A stretch of 64,000 nt of DNA from a virus (lineage: Duplodnaviria > Caudoviricetes). Made by a program: the position numbers and the translations under genes. Of the stretch, positions 19,138 to 29,081 are shown in pieces. The first letter of the stretch is position 1. The number at the start of each line of letters is the position of its first letter. The DNA lies in the IMG/VR virus record IMGVR_UViG_3300017716_001697, positions 128,001-192,000 of that record; one strand, given 5' to 3'. The notes under the pieces were generated by a model. It saw only the letters and a program-made list of their open reading frames with translations. It was not told the DNA's origin and did no database searches.

Positions 19138-19733
19138 TTTCAAAACCACATAGACAAAATTCAGATTTCCAACTTAGGTATTTTATAGCAGGATCGTGCA
19201 AGACACCCGATGCTGCATACTGTATATTATATTCACAAATGATTGATGTAGAGTCGAAAGTTAAGAACAGTGAATCACAGGAAATAGATAGAGAGATCCG
19301 CAAGCTAAAAGCCGATCGTCTATTGCAATCCGATGATGCATTATCTAAATTAGAAGGCAAGAAAGAACTTCTAGATTTAGAATCATCAAAGTATATATGG
19401 GATATGAATATACTGGCAGCGAGGGCCGAACTAAAATGCATTAAAGACTTAATGGCTGAGTTAGAACCCATGCGTAAATATGCTCATTTATCGATATTAG
19501 ATGCGTCCGAAGCCTGCCAACGAGAAGAATGGTTATTAGAATTAAAAACTAGGGTCGAGAATAGTTTACTGTCCATCGGGTCTATACCAGCCGATCAATT
19601 AGACACGATGCGTATGCATCCCGATTTTCACACAGAAATAGCACCACACATATTAGGATTCTCAGAAACAATGCGTGTCACTGGCGCTGCTATCATGGCA
19701 GATATAAAACCGACATACTTACTAGGCAAATAA
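19134..19733 (+). CDS. helical/coiled-coil protein coupled to the repeat protein
   Basis: ATGA overlap; charged helical sequence unlike the flanking fibres. Confidence 0.75.
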   Translation: MISKPHRQNSDFQLRYFIAGSCKTPDAAYCILYSQMIDVESKVKNSESQEIDREIRKLKADRLLQSDDALSKLEGKKELLDLESSKYIWDMNILAARAELKCIKDLMAELEPMRKYAHLSILDASEACQREEWLLELKTRVENSLLSIGSIPADQLDTMRMHPDFHTEIAPHILGFSETMRVTGAAIMADIKPTYLLGK

Positions 19734-19758
19734 AGAAAAGGACTCCGGTCCTTTTCTT
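19733..19758. terminator. intrinsic terminator
   Basis: AAGAAAAGGAC-TCCG-GTCCTTTTCTT. Confidence 0.85.
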
Positions 19759-19784
19759 ATGGGTTTAAATTATGACTCCCTTCT

Positions 19785-19792
19785 GATAAATA
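19785..19792 (+). promoter_or_regulatory. T4-late-like promoter GATAAATA
   Basis: Precedes AAGGA RBS and ATG 19814. Confidence 0.7.
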
Positions 19793-19813
19793 CATACAAG
19801 AAGAAGGAATATC

Positions 19814-20251
19814 ATGGCAATTAGAAAATCTGTTTTTATGATGACGAACACGGGAACTAAGTGGAACGTTTTCGGCGAACCAGTGAGAGCTGACGCCTAC
19901 TATGGTTATACTGATGGTATCCACACAGTACAAGTTATCTATCAAAATTTCGTAGGCGGTTTTGGATTACAAGGCACATTAGCATTAGATCCACAACCCG
20001 AAGACTGGTTCTACATTAAGTTGAATCCGTGGGGCGATATCAACACACCATTTATTACATACCCGATTGACGCATTTGAACCAACAGGGGCAAACGGTGG
20101 TGACACAGGGTCTATGGCAACTACATTTATTGGTAATTTTGTGTTCTTAAGAGCAGTTCTTACAAGAGATTATATTCAGCCAGTGTCTGTCAATACAGCA
20201 TGGCAGAATTGGCAATGGGGCCAAATTGATTCCGTGTTGTTGAGCTTATAA
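19814..20251 (+). CDS. probable virion structural protein
   Basis: Late promoter; beta-rich sequence inside the structural block. Confidence 0.65.
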   Translation: MAIRKSVFMMTNTGTKWNVFGEPVRADAYYGYTDGIHTVQVIYQNFVGGFGLQGTLALDPQPEDWFYIKLNPWGDINTPFITYPIDAFEPTGANGGDTGSMATTFIGNFVFLRAVLTRDYIQPVSVNTAWQNWQWGQIDSVLLSL

Positions 20252-20260
20252 GGAAATAAT

Positions 20261-21289
20261 ATGATTGTTGGTCAAAACGCACTCTTAAATCAATATGTAC
20301 CTACGTTCTTTATTAAGAATATTAAAGACGGCCAAGGCCTTAAATATGATGCCGTAAGAAAAGCATATGTTAATGCTGATATCGGCGGCGGCACTGGCGG
20401 TGTTGACCGTTTAGGTGAATTGTTAGACGTTAGTGATAGCGTTGACAATCCACTTGCATTACAAAATGGACAAGCATTAGTCTATAACACATTCACTAGT
20501 CTGTGGGAAAACAAATTCACAGATTATAATACTCTGCTAAACAAGCCGACCAGTAGCAGTTTTAGTTTCGCCGGTCTAAGTGATACTGCCAAGCCTTCGC
20601 TCCCTGACGGTTATGTTAAATGGAATTCAACTGGCACACAGTTGGTCTATTCTACCACTATACCAGCCGCTAGCATTACGGGTCTTGCAACTGTAGCAAC
20701 AACTGGTGATTACAACAGCTTGATAAACAGACCGATCCTAAATACAGGTACGGTCACATCTGTGGGTATGTCCGGTGGTACAACAGGACTTACTACCTCG
20801 GGTGGTCCAATAACAACTGCTGGCACAATCACATTAGGCGGCATATTAGCTATTGCAAATGGTGGTACAGGTGCTGCAACCGCAGCAGATGCAATTAATG
20901 CATTAGTACCATCGCAAACCGGTAATGTTGGAATGTTCTTAACAACCAACGGTACAATAGTTTCGTGGGCGCCAGCGGGTGGTTCGGGTGGGACAATTAC
21001 ACTTACTGGTGATGTGACAGGTACTGGCACTAGCCCAGTTACCACAACACTTGCAACGGTAAATACAACACCAGGGACATATGCTGATTCACACTATGTT
21101 CCTACTATAACAGTAAACAATAAAGGTCTTGTTACTTCGATCACAACTCAACATGTGGATGAGTCCATAAGAGATTTAGTTGATCTAACAGAAACATTAG
21201 TAATAGAGACAAGGCATCAATATATAGTCACTGGTACATTAGAGGTATTAGGGCGTATAGAAAACAATGGGAGAATTGCAATATTATGA
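20261..21289 (+). CDS. fibre-like virion structural protein
   Basis: G/T-rich; shares the GTVTSV and AIANGGTG modules with neighbours. Confidence 0.7.
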   Translation: MIVGQNALLNQYVPTFFIKNIKDGQGLKYDAVRKAYVNADIGGGTGGVDRLGELLDVSDSVDNPLALQNGQALVYNTFTSLWENKFTDYNTLLNKPTSSSFSFAGLSDTAKPSLPDGYVKWNSTGTQLVYSTTIPAASITGLATVATTGDYNSLINRPILNTGTVTSVGMSGGTTGLTTSGGPITTAGTITLGGILAIANGGTGAATAADAINALVPSQTGNVGMFLTTNGTIVSWAPAGGSGGTITLTGDVTGTGTSPVTTTLATVNTTPGTYADSHYVPTITVNNKGLVTSITTQHVDESIRDLVDLTETLVIETRHQYIVTGTLEVLGRIENNGRIAIL

Positions 21290-22764
21290 GCAGACCAGCA
21301 GACATCTTACTTAAACAAGGTAATACAACACCAATTTGGCCAACATCGGGGCAAATTTCATTCTATGCTAAGGACAATGGTATATTCTATTCCTTAGATT
21401 CTAACGGTGTAGAGACACCATTTAGCAGTGGTTCGGGATCTGGCACAGTTACATCCGTTAGTGTTTTAGCTAACCCTAGCAGAATTACTGCTACTGGGAA
21501 TCCTATCACTACATCGGGCTCGATTAATATTGACTTAGCAACAACCACAGTGACAGCAGGTGCATACACCAGTGCTGATATAACAGTTGATGCATACGGT
21601 CGCATTACAGCAGCCAGCAGCGGCGTACTAACATCCGGGCAAGTAACAACAGCACTGGGATTTACGCCATATAACGCCACAAATCCATCAGGATATACAT
21701 CAAATACGGGCACTGTAACTAGTGTCGTAGTGTCTGGTGGTTCTACAGGATTATCGTTCGCTGGAACACCAATTACGACATCCGGTACAGCTACAATGAG
21801 TGGTACATTAGCAATTGCTAACGGTGGTACAGGACAAACAACAGCTTCGGCAGCAATCAATGCATTGATGCCATCCCAGACAGGTAATACAGGTAAGTTT
21901 TTAACTACTAACGGTAGCGTGCTATCTTGGGCTACAGTTTCTGGTACAGGTACTGTAACTTCTGTTTCGGCTACAGGTTCTTCAGATATCACAGTAGGTG
22001 GTTCGCCAATTACTACAAGTGGCACACTGACATTCGCATTAGCTAACACTACAGTGGTTGCCGGTGCTTATACAAATGCCAATGTGACAGTCGACAGCAA
22101 GGGCCGTGTCACTGCAATTAGCAATGGTACAGCAGGTGCAGGTACAGTAACTTCTGTTTCTGTTAACGGCACAGCAGGAAGAATTACATCTTCTGGTTCT
22201 CCTATTACTGCATCTGGTGCAATAACATTAGATTTAGCAACAACAGCAGTGACACCAGCAACATACGGTAGTGCAACCCAAGTTCCTGTATTCAGCGTCG
22301 ATTCATATGGTAGAGTTACAGGTGTAACAAATACAACGATCACCGGTGGCGGATCAAGTGCGCCAGAAATTGTTGTATTCCATTATAGTTCCGGCAACTC
22401 CGGCACATTTAATGTTGTTGATGCTATATTCTCTCAGACATCGGGTGTTACAGCTACAGTTATCGATGCTGCAAACTGCATAGCAACATATTCGTTCACA
22501 GGCAAGTCTAACCCACCTAAGTCAGTAACTATGTATGGTCAGAATTATGCAGCTAATACTTTCAGTGTTACAAGTTGGCCAGCTACGGGCGCAGCAGCAG
22601 CTAACTATAAAATTGCAGGAGGCGGCACAGCAGCATCCCCGGATCTGGCTAACGGTATCTTTACTGCATCTAACATAGTTACAATGCAGACAAGAATGTC
22701 TGATACGGGTGCATCATCAACAGTAGGTAATAGGGCATGGGCAATCATGGTGTTTGGATTCTAA
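21286..22764 (+). CDS. fibre-like virion structural protein with internal repeats
   Basis: Repeated GTVTSV...SG.I...LATT.VT.G.Y....VD..GR.T units. Confidence 0.75.
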   Translation: MSRPADILLKQGNTTPIWPTSGQISFYAKDNGIFYSLDSNGVETPFSSGSGSGTVTSVSVLANPSRITATGNPITTSGSINIDLATTTVTAGAYTSADITVDAYGRITAASSGVLTSGQVTTALGFTPYNATNPSGYTSNTGTVTSVVVSGGSTGLSFAGTPITTSGTATMSGTLAIANGGTGQTTASAAINALMPSQTGNTGKFLTTNGSVLSWATVSGTGTVTSVSATGSSDITVGGSPITTSGTLTFALANTTVVAGAYTNANVTVDSKGRVTAISNGTAGAGTVTSVSVNGTAGRITSSGSPITASGAITLDLATTAVTPATYGSATQVPVFSVDSYGRVTGVTNTTITGGGSSAPEIVVFHYSSGNSGTFNVVDAIFSQTSGVTATVIDAANCIATYSFTGKSNPPKSVTMYGQNYAANTFSVTSWPATGAAAANYKIAGGGTAASPDLANGIFTASNIVTMQTRMSDTGASSTVGNRAWAIMVFGF

Positions 22765-22767
22765 AAT

Positions 22768-24801
22768 ATGGCTTTCTTAAATATACCACTAAAGGCAATA
22801 CAGGGTAATATCACGTCGGTATCCGGGATTGCTACGATGCCTTGGTACAATCCATTGAGTTTTCCTGTAATACCCGGAGACCCACAACCTACGCCGCTAC
22901 AGAAAGATTTCAAGTGGCGTGTGACTATGGATATAGATATACAGACTCAGAGTTCATATCTTACACGCAAACCGGGATCGTATAATGGGCAAGACGTTAC
23001 GGTTGGTTTGTGGATGGCAAATGTAACAACCGGTCAAGCATGGCAAATCACATTAATAGAATCTAAAACTACTACGTCTGCTACCGTTATTCTACAGGAT
23101 ATCTATCGTTATAACACGTATAGGGATATGTCCGGTGGTGGCAACGGCGCACCCAATACTGGTGCATATATTATATTTAATATAGGTGATACAGGCGTAC
23201 CAGAGATTGATCCGGTTCCACCGGGTGGTGTATCGTCGACATTCGGTATAAACATTCAGAGTAGATTCGAATATATAAATCTACAGTATGATTATCCATT
23301 ATATCAGAGCGGCAACACATTCAATATTGGCGATGTTGTTGCAGTGGACACTACTACACACTCTTATGTAAAATCCGACTCATCTAGCAGGATTGTTGTT
23401 GGCCGTGTTACATCTATTTCCGACACAATACCTGGCTGGTTCACAATAAATCCAGTACAGAAAATCGTAGATAATCTTGATTATCTACCGGGATATGTCG
23501 GCGATATTATTTACTCTGATCTAACTATTCCTGGTGAAATTACTACCACTCCGGGCGGATCTCAGATATATGTTAAGTTGCGTAATAACACATCATCTAT
23601 ATCTATAAGCACTGTTAAAGATGGCTCAACAACCCCAGGTAATGTATTCCAATTAAACGGAATTGATGTTACAGTAGGTGGCACCGGTTCATTAAGTGAT
23701 GTTGCAGATGCCAGCAATTTACAGAGCCCACTAACAGACGTAGTTGCTTCTATTGTTATATCAGAAAATATAGTTCAGACTGACCCCTTGCTAATCAACC
23801 CAACATACGGTGAAGTATTATTATGGGCTGCAAGCCTATTTGCTACCGCACTCATTAATGGAGTACCTGTTGTATTTAATATATTATCAACAGACCCCGG
23901 GTATGAGAACTATGCAAGACCACAACAAATGGCGCAATCTATTAATGCTGCCAATATCCCTAATATTGTGGCTACAGTAATAGGTCAATCTTTAAGGATT
24001 ACAAATGTAGCAGGCGGTGCAATTACTATTGTTAATGGTGCCGCAGATTTAAATGGTATAGATTTTGCAGGTAATGCATCGGGCAGTGGTTTAGTATTAT
24101 CTACACCAGCAGTTTCCACATATCAGATAAAATTTATAACTGTTGATGCTCGTGCAATAAATTTCTTAGATGTAGTTGGCGCCACAGTCGACGATATAGG
24201 TCTTGTTTCCGTAGAAAACGGTGTAAAAGCTTGCGGACTTTATATTGAGGAAGGATTGCGTAATGCAATTTCTACAGTTGTATCGAATTTAGCAGCAATG
24301 TATGCATTATCACCATTGATTGGTGACCAAGCATATGTCATTGATAGTGCTGATGCACAAGGCAATAATGTAGGTGAATGGAGTTTATGGCTATTCAACG
24401 GAACTATATGGGTACAAACAAGTAACCAAGATAGTGCTACTACTGATGCGAAATCCATCGAATATACCGTTACAACGGCCAGCCCATCATCGATAAATAT
24501 TGGTAATATAAGTACAGGAAGACGTGTGACTCTTATTACAATTGAAGTAACTCAGGCATTTGATGCGCCAGCAGTATTAGCAATTGGATATGCAATTGAC
24601 AACCCAATTCCACCAACACCTGTACCAGATGGATTGATGATTTATGGATTGTCTGACTTGACAGTTGTGGGGACTTATACGACAAGCACAGACATACTAT
24701 TTGGAACAGATACAGTTCAGGGAGACGTAACAATTACTTCATTGTTTGTTGCGAATGGCTCAACCACAGGGTCGGCTCAAATCATTGTATCTTATGTGTA
24801 A
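22768..24801 (+). CDS. large virion structural protein
   Basis: 677 aa, beta-rich, within the late structural block. Confidence 0.7.
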   Translation: MAFLNIPLKAIQGNITSVSGIATMPWYNPLSFPVIPGDPQPTPLQKDFKWRVTMDIDIQTQSSYLTRKPGSYNGQDVTVGLWMANVTTGQAWQITLIESKTTTSATVILQDIYRYNTYRDMSGGGNGAPNTGAYIIFNIGDTGVPEIDPVPPGGVSSTFGINIQSRFEYINLQYDYPLYQSGNTFNIGDVVAVDTTTHSYVKSDSSSRIVVGRVTSISDTIPGWFTINPVQKIVDNLDYLPGYVGDIIYSDLTIPGEITTTPGGSQIYVKLRNNTSSISISTVKDGSTTPGNVFQLNGIDVTVGGTGSLSDVADASNLQSPLTDVVASIVISENIVQTDPLLINPTYGEVLLWAASLFATALINGVPVVFNILSTDPGYENYARPQQMAQSINAANIPNIVATVIGQSLRITNVAGGAITIVNGAADLNGIDFAGNASGSGLVLSTPAVSTYQIKFITVDARAINFLDVVGATVDDIGLVSVENGVKACGLYIEEGLRNAISTVVSNLAAMYALSPLIGDQAYVIDSADAQGNNVGEWSLWLFNGTIWVQTSNQDSATTDAKSIEYTVTTASPSSINIGNISTGRRVTLITIEVTQAFDAPAVLAIGYAIDNPIPPTPVPDGLMIYGLSDLTVVGTYTTSTDILFGTDTVQGDVTITSLFVANGSTTGSAQIIVSYV

Positions 24802-24815
24802 ATGGAAAGGGTATA

Positions 24816-24823
24816 GATAAATA
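24816..24823 (+). promoter_or_regulatory. T4-late-like promoter GATAAATA
   Basis: Precedes AGGAG RBS and ATG 24870. Confidence 0.7.
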
Positions 24824-24869
24824 AAGCGTTGAAGGCCATAGTGGCCTATAATTAGGAGAAATAAATAAA

Positions 24870-27800
24870 ATGGCTAATGTAAAAAATTTCGGTCTTATTG
24901 GCGTAGGTGCAGATCTACAGTTTGGTAAGGCTGGTACACGTCTTGTAAATAACGAAGGCGTATTTAACTTTAAGGCAGCAAATGGTTCGACAGACGTCGC
25001 ATTAACATCTGCTGGTATCACATCGTCTGCTGGTAATGTTACGTTAACAACTGGCAATGTAGTGTTGACAAGCGCATCCGGTGTCGTAAGCATCGGTGGC
25101 GATAATATGTTGCAAGCAGCAACTGGTGGTTATCCACAGTTGTCCGGTGTAGCATCCGTATTGATTCCTACAGGTGCTACCGCATCTCGTCCGGGTACAG
25201 GCGTTGCTGGTATGGTTCGTGTAAACAACGACACACCAACTGCATCTTATGTTGAATTCTTCAACGGTACAGCATGGGCTACACTTGCTACTGGTGGTTC
25301 CACTGGTGCTCTTCAGACAGAAATTGACAACATTGAAACTACATTAGGTACAATGATCAATACTGACGGTACATCGAATACAGCAGCAGCTCTAACAAGT
25401 TCGTTGTTCGGCGGTGCTTCCACATTGACAGCAGCATTGAACAACTTGGCATCTGGTATTTCTTCTAAAGATACACTTGATGAAATCGAGCCGGGCGAAG
25501 GCGCTGGTAAGGTATTGTACTTAGATGGTGGCAACACATGGCAACAAGCTCTTCCGGGTTCTACATCTGGTGTTCAGGCTTGGGACGCTGGTCTTGACGC
25601 ACTTTCTGCAAAGACATCCACAGGTATTATTGTTCAGACTGGTGCTGATACATACGGTACAGCTACAATCACAGGCCCAGCTAGCGGTATCTCCGTTACA
25701 AACGGTGACGGTGTTGCTGGTAACCCGACTCTTGCTCTTACTAACGACTTAGCAGCGTTAGAAAACTTGTCTGGTACAGGTTTTGCAGTTCGTTCTGCTG
25801 CTGATACATGGGTACAGCGTTCGTTAGTTGCTCCAGCAGCTGGCTTTACAATTACTGATCCTGCAGGTATTGCTGGTAACCCAACTTTTGCTCTTGCTAA
25901 TGACTTAGCAGCAGTGGAAGGTTTGACAACAGTCGGTTATATGGTTCGTACAGGTGACGGCACAGCAGCTACACGTACAATGAATGTTGTTTCTGGCGAT
26001 TTGGCTATCACAGGTGATGCTGACGGTCAATCCACAGATACTACATTTGGTTTGGCAACAGTTACACAAGCTGCAACAGGTTCTTTCGTTAAGGTTACAC
26101 TTGACACTAAGGGTCGTGTTACAGGTAATACAGCAGTAACAACATCTGATATCACAACATTAGTTGATGGTACATATGTTAATGTAACTGGCGATTCCAT
26201 GAGCGGTATCTTATCGTTTACTGGTGGTGCTACTGTTACAGGTCTTCCAACTCCAGTTAACGCAACTGATGCAGCTAACAAGTCTTATGTTGACAATGCT
26301 GTAGCTGGTATGACATGGAAAGCAGCAGCTAATTTACTTTCGGGTACTGATTTCCCATTGACAGGTACATGGGCAAGTATTACTGCTGGTATCGACGGTC
26401 ACCCACTTGATATTACTGATGTCGGTTACAGACTATTGCTTACTGGTCAGACAACTGATACAGAAAATGGTATCTGGACACTTACAAACATCGACGGTAC
26501 AAACTACTTGTTAGTACGTGCTTCGGATGCTGATACATATCAAGAACTTATTGGTGCTTCCATATTTGTTCAAGAAGGTACAGTATACGCTAATACAGGT
26601 TGGACACAATCTAACCATTACTTGACATCGTTTGCTGCTCAAAACTGGGTACAGTTCTCCGGCGCTGGCGCTTATTCCGGTGGTGTTGGTATTACAGTTT
26701 CTGGTACAATCATTAGTGCTAACTTAGGTGCTGGTGTTACTAACTTGCCATCTGGCGAAATTGGTTTAGATATCGTTTCCAACTTAGCTGTACAACTAAC
26801 TTCGACAGCCACAGGCGGTCAGTTAACATTAGTACTTGATACAGGCTCTGGTTTGTCTCAGTCGGCGACAGGTTTGAAGATTGCAGCAGCTGGCGTTACA
26901 AACGCAATGCTTGCTAACCCAGGCTTCACACTTAACGCTGATAGCGGTACAGATGCATCTGGTTTGCAACTTGGTGATACATTAATGATCAAGGGTACAT
27001 CTACACAGGGTATCGTAACTTCTGTGACAGAATCCCCAGCTGGTACATCGGAATTCACTATTACTGCTTCTAACGCTTCTTCTAGCCAGAAGGGTGTTGC
27101 TTCGTTTGATGCTACACAGTTCACAGTAACAGCTGGTAATGTTGTACTTGGTACAGTTCCAAATAGCGCACTTGCTAACAGCGTAATTACATTCACTGGT
27201 ACATCCGGTTCTGATGCAGTTGCTTTAGGTGAGTCTTTTGCAATTACTGGCACAGGTGGTATCACAACAGCAGTTACAGCAAATGCTATTACTGTTGATC
27301 TTGGTACAGTTGCAGTAAACCATGGTGGTACTGGCTTAACAACATTAGCAGTTAACCAGTTGTTGATTGGTAACGGTACAAGTCCAGTTGCACAATCCGC
27401 TAACCTTACATTCGCAGCTGATGTGTTGACAGTTGGTGGTGCATTACCATTGACATTCGACGGTGCGCTTGGTGCAATTTCTGCTACTGCTACAAACAGC
27501 GATTTAGTGCTTATGCCTAATGGTACTGGATCTGTAGTTGTTGGCCCAGTTGGTGCTGGTTTGATCCAGTCCGATGCAGCTACAGCATTGACAATCCGTG
27601 GTAACACAACGTTGACATTAGAATCTGGTACAGGCGATACAACAATGTTGTTGACAACTGGTACAGGCAGCAAAGTTACAGTTTCTGGTCCTACAGCAGC
27701 TGACTATGCAACAGGTCTTACAGCCAATGATCTTACCAACAAGCAATATGTTGATGATGCTATTCAATCTGGTGCAGCTTCTGGTTCTATCAAGGCTGTC

Positions 27801-28091
27801 AAGGTTGCATTGTCTGGTGCAGGAACAACAAACATCGGTGCAGCAATGCCAGCTGGTGCAACAGTTCTTTCTGTTAAGTTGCAAGTAACTGTTGCTGAAG
27901 CAACTGGTACAGTTTCTGTTGGTAAGACAGGAAGTGTTGCAGCATACATGACAACAGCAGAAAACGATCCATCTACAACTGGTTTGTACTTGGCTGAAAC
28001 ATATGTAACAGAAGCCGCTTCTGAGCAAGTAATTGCTACAGTTGCAGTTGGTGGTACATACAATGTTATCGTTGAATACCAAGTCGCTTAA
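24870..28091 (+). CDS. long fibre/whisker-like structural protein (1073 aa)
   Basis: G/T/A-rich; DAANKSYVD and LTNKQYVD fibre motifs; strongly biased codons (GCT/GGT/ACA) suggest high expression. Confidence 0.75.
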   Translation: MANVKNFGLIGVGADLQFGKAGTRLVNNEGVFNFKAANGSTDVALTSAGITSSAGNVTLTTGNVVLTSASGVVSIGGDNMLQAATGGYPQLSGVASVLIPTGATASRPGTGVAGMVRVNNDTPTASYVEFFNGTAWATLATGGSTGALQTEIDNIETTLGTMINTDGTSNTAAALTSSLFGGASTLTAALNNLASGISSKDTLDEIEPGEGAGKVLYLDGGNTWQQALPGSTSGVQAWDAGLDALSAKTSTGIIVQTGADTYGTATITGPASGISVTNGDGVAGNPTLALTNDLAALENLSGTGFAVRSAADTWVQRSLVAPAAGFTITDPAGIAGNPTFALANDLAAVEGLTTVGYMVRTGDGTAATRTMNVVSGDLAITGDADGQSTDTTFGLATVTQAATGSFVKVTLDTKGRVTGNTAVTTSDITTLVDGTYVNVTGDSMSGILSFTGGATVTGLPTPVNATDAANKSYVDNAVAGMTWKAAANLLSGTDFPLTGTWASITAGIDGHPLDITDVGYRLLLTGQTTDTENGIWTLTNIDGTNYLLVRASDADTYQELIGASIFVQEGTVYANTGWTQSNHYLTSFAAQNWVQFSGAGAYSGGVGITVSGTIISANLGAGVTNLPSGEIGLDIVSNLAVQLTSTATGGQLTLVLDTGSGLSQSATGLKIAAAGVTNAMLANPGFTLNADSGTDASGLQLGDTLMIKGTSTQGIVTSVTESPAGTSEFTITASNASSSQKGVASFDATQFTVTAGNVVLGTVPNSALANSVITFTGTSGSDAVALGESFAITGTGGITTAVTANAITVDLGTVAVNHGGTGLTTLAVNQLLIGNGTSPVAQSANLTFAADVLTVGGALPLTFDGALGAISATATNSDLVLMPNGTGSVVVGPVGAGLIQSDAATALTIRGNTTLTLESGTGDTTMLLTTGTGSKVTVSGPTAADYATGLTANDLTNKQYVDDAIQSGAASGSIKAVKVALSGAGTTNIGAAMPAGATVLSVKLQVTVAEATGTVSVGKTGSVAAYMTTAENDPSTTGLYLAETYVTEAASEQVIATVAVGGTYNVIVEYQVA

Positions 28092-28137
28092 TAGCTGACC
28101 AATAATAGCTACCCGAAAGAGTAGCTATACATAAATA

Positions 28138-28165
28138 AGGCCTCGGTTAACCCCGGGGCTTTTTT
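28138..28165 (+). terminator. intrinsic terminator
   Basis: AGGCCTCGG-TTAACC-CCGGGGCT followed by T5. Confidence 0.75.
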
Positions 28166-28175
28166 ACGGCTATAC

Positions 28176-28183
28176 GATAAATA
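28176..28183 (+). promoter_or_regulatory. T4-late-like promoter GATAAATA
   Basis: Precedes ATG 28203. Confidence 0.7.
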
Positions 28184-28202
28184 CAGTACAACAGGAAACA
28201 TT

Positions 28203-28493
28203 ATGAAAATACTTAAAATACTCGATGACTCGCTAAAAGATAACGCCACCGGACAATATTCACATGCACGTATAATTGCTATGTTGGTTGCATTCGCTGC
28301 TACAATTTTTATGTGGAAGCTTATTGTATTGGGTGGTATGAATATTGAATACTTTATCAGCTACCTTGCATATGGCACTGGCGCACAAACACTAAACAAA
28401 TTCTTAGATAACAGAGATCCTACACGCCCTGCAGTCGCTATACCGAAACCTGCTGTGGTTGATGAACTACCACCGAAACCGCCAAAACCTTAA
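28203..28493 (+). CDS. small membrane protein, possible holin
   Basis: 1-2 hydrophobic segments, Pro/Lys-rich C-terminus, late promoter. Confidence 0.5.
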   Translation: MKILKILDDSLKDNATGQYSHARIIAMLVAFAATIFMWKLIVLGGMNIEYFISYLAYGTGAQTLNKFLDNRDPTRPAVAIPKPAVVDELPPKPPKP

Positions 28494-28518
28494 TTTTTAC
28501 CACATATTAAGTGAATAA

Positions 28519-28547
28519 TTGCTGCACTGCAATAAATACGTTATACT
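28519..28547 (+). promoter_or_regulatory. sigma70-type promoter overlapped by a TGCACTGCA operator-like site
   Basis: TTGCTG-N17-TATACT; TGCACTGCA at 28523-28531. Confidence 0.55.
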
Positions 28548-28620
28548 AAAGACACTGTGCTCATGGTGAGGCAGTGAATTAGTACAAGTGGCCACAATGG
28601 CACAAAAGGAGATCATTATT

Positions 28621-29001
28621 ATGACAACAAATACATTCGCATCAATGCAAGATTTTTTCAAGACAACATCAGCTTCCACAATGGATGTGTTCAAAGCAAT
28701 TCCTAAGACACAAGACGAAGCTAAGGCAATGTTTGAAAAGGTTCAGGCAGTGTTTAAGGCCGAAGGTGAAAATGCACACGACATGTGGACAACATACTTC
28801 AAGGCAGCTAAGGGCGATGCTACACCAAACGAAATTGCATCAGCAAATAGCAAGGCAGTTGAAATGCTAAAGACAACAGCATTCGCTGGCATGTTGGCAG
28901 TCCCGGGCACTATTTTTGTATTACCTATGTTGGTAACAAAGGCTAAGGAATACAATGTAGATCTAGTCCCTAAATCTGTTTCAAAACAGTTTAGCATCTA
29001 A
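28621..29001 (+). CDS. amphipathic helical protein, LETM1-like C-terminus
   Basis: AAGGAG RBS; Y..A.KG.AT..E...AN......LKT....GMLAVPGTIFVLPML...K...VDLVP pattern recalled from bacterial LETM1-like proteins. Confidence 0.5.
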   Translation: MTTNTFASMQDFFKTTSASTMDVFKAIPKTQDEAKAMFEKVQAVFKAEGENAHDMWTTYFKAAKGDATPNEIASANSKAVEMLKTTAFAGMLAVPGTIFVLPMLVTKAKEYNVDLVPKSVSKQFSI

Positions 29002-29017
29002 TCACACATTGCTGATT

Positions 29018-29040
29018 AAAGGGTCTTCGGGCCCTTTCTT
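29018..29040 (+). terminator. intrinsic terminator with UUCG loop
   Basis: AAAGGGTC-TTCG-GGCCCTTT followed by CTTT. Confidence 0.8.
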
Positions 29041-29068
29041 TATGGCCGCAAGATTTGCCACAAAAGAA

Positions 29069-29076
29069 GATAAATA
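29069..29076 (+). promoter_or_regulatory. T4-late-like promoter GATAAATA
   Basis: 5 nt before the ATG at 29082. Confidence 0.7.
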
Positions 29077-29081
29077 CTACT

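Noticed and set aside
17250-22764. Diversity-generating retroelement template/variable repeats among fibre genes
   Set aside because: Copies differ at all base types rather than only at adenines, and no reverse transcriptase is in the window
17250-28091. Long antisense ORFs in the fibre genes (e.g. 26858-27673, 21387-22049)
   Set aside because: Shadow frames from G/T/A-rich repetitive codons; no RBS or promoter and no recognisable motifs
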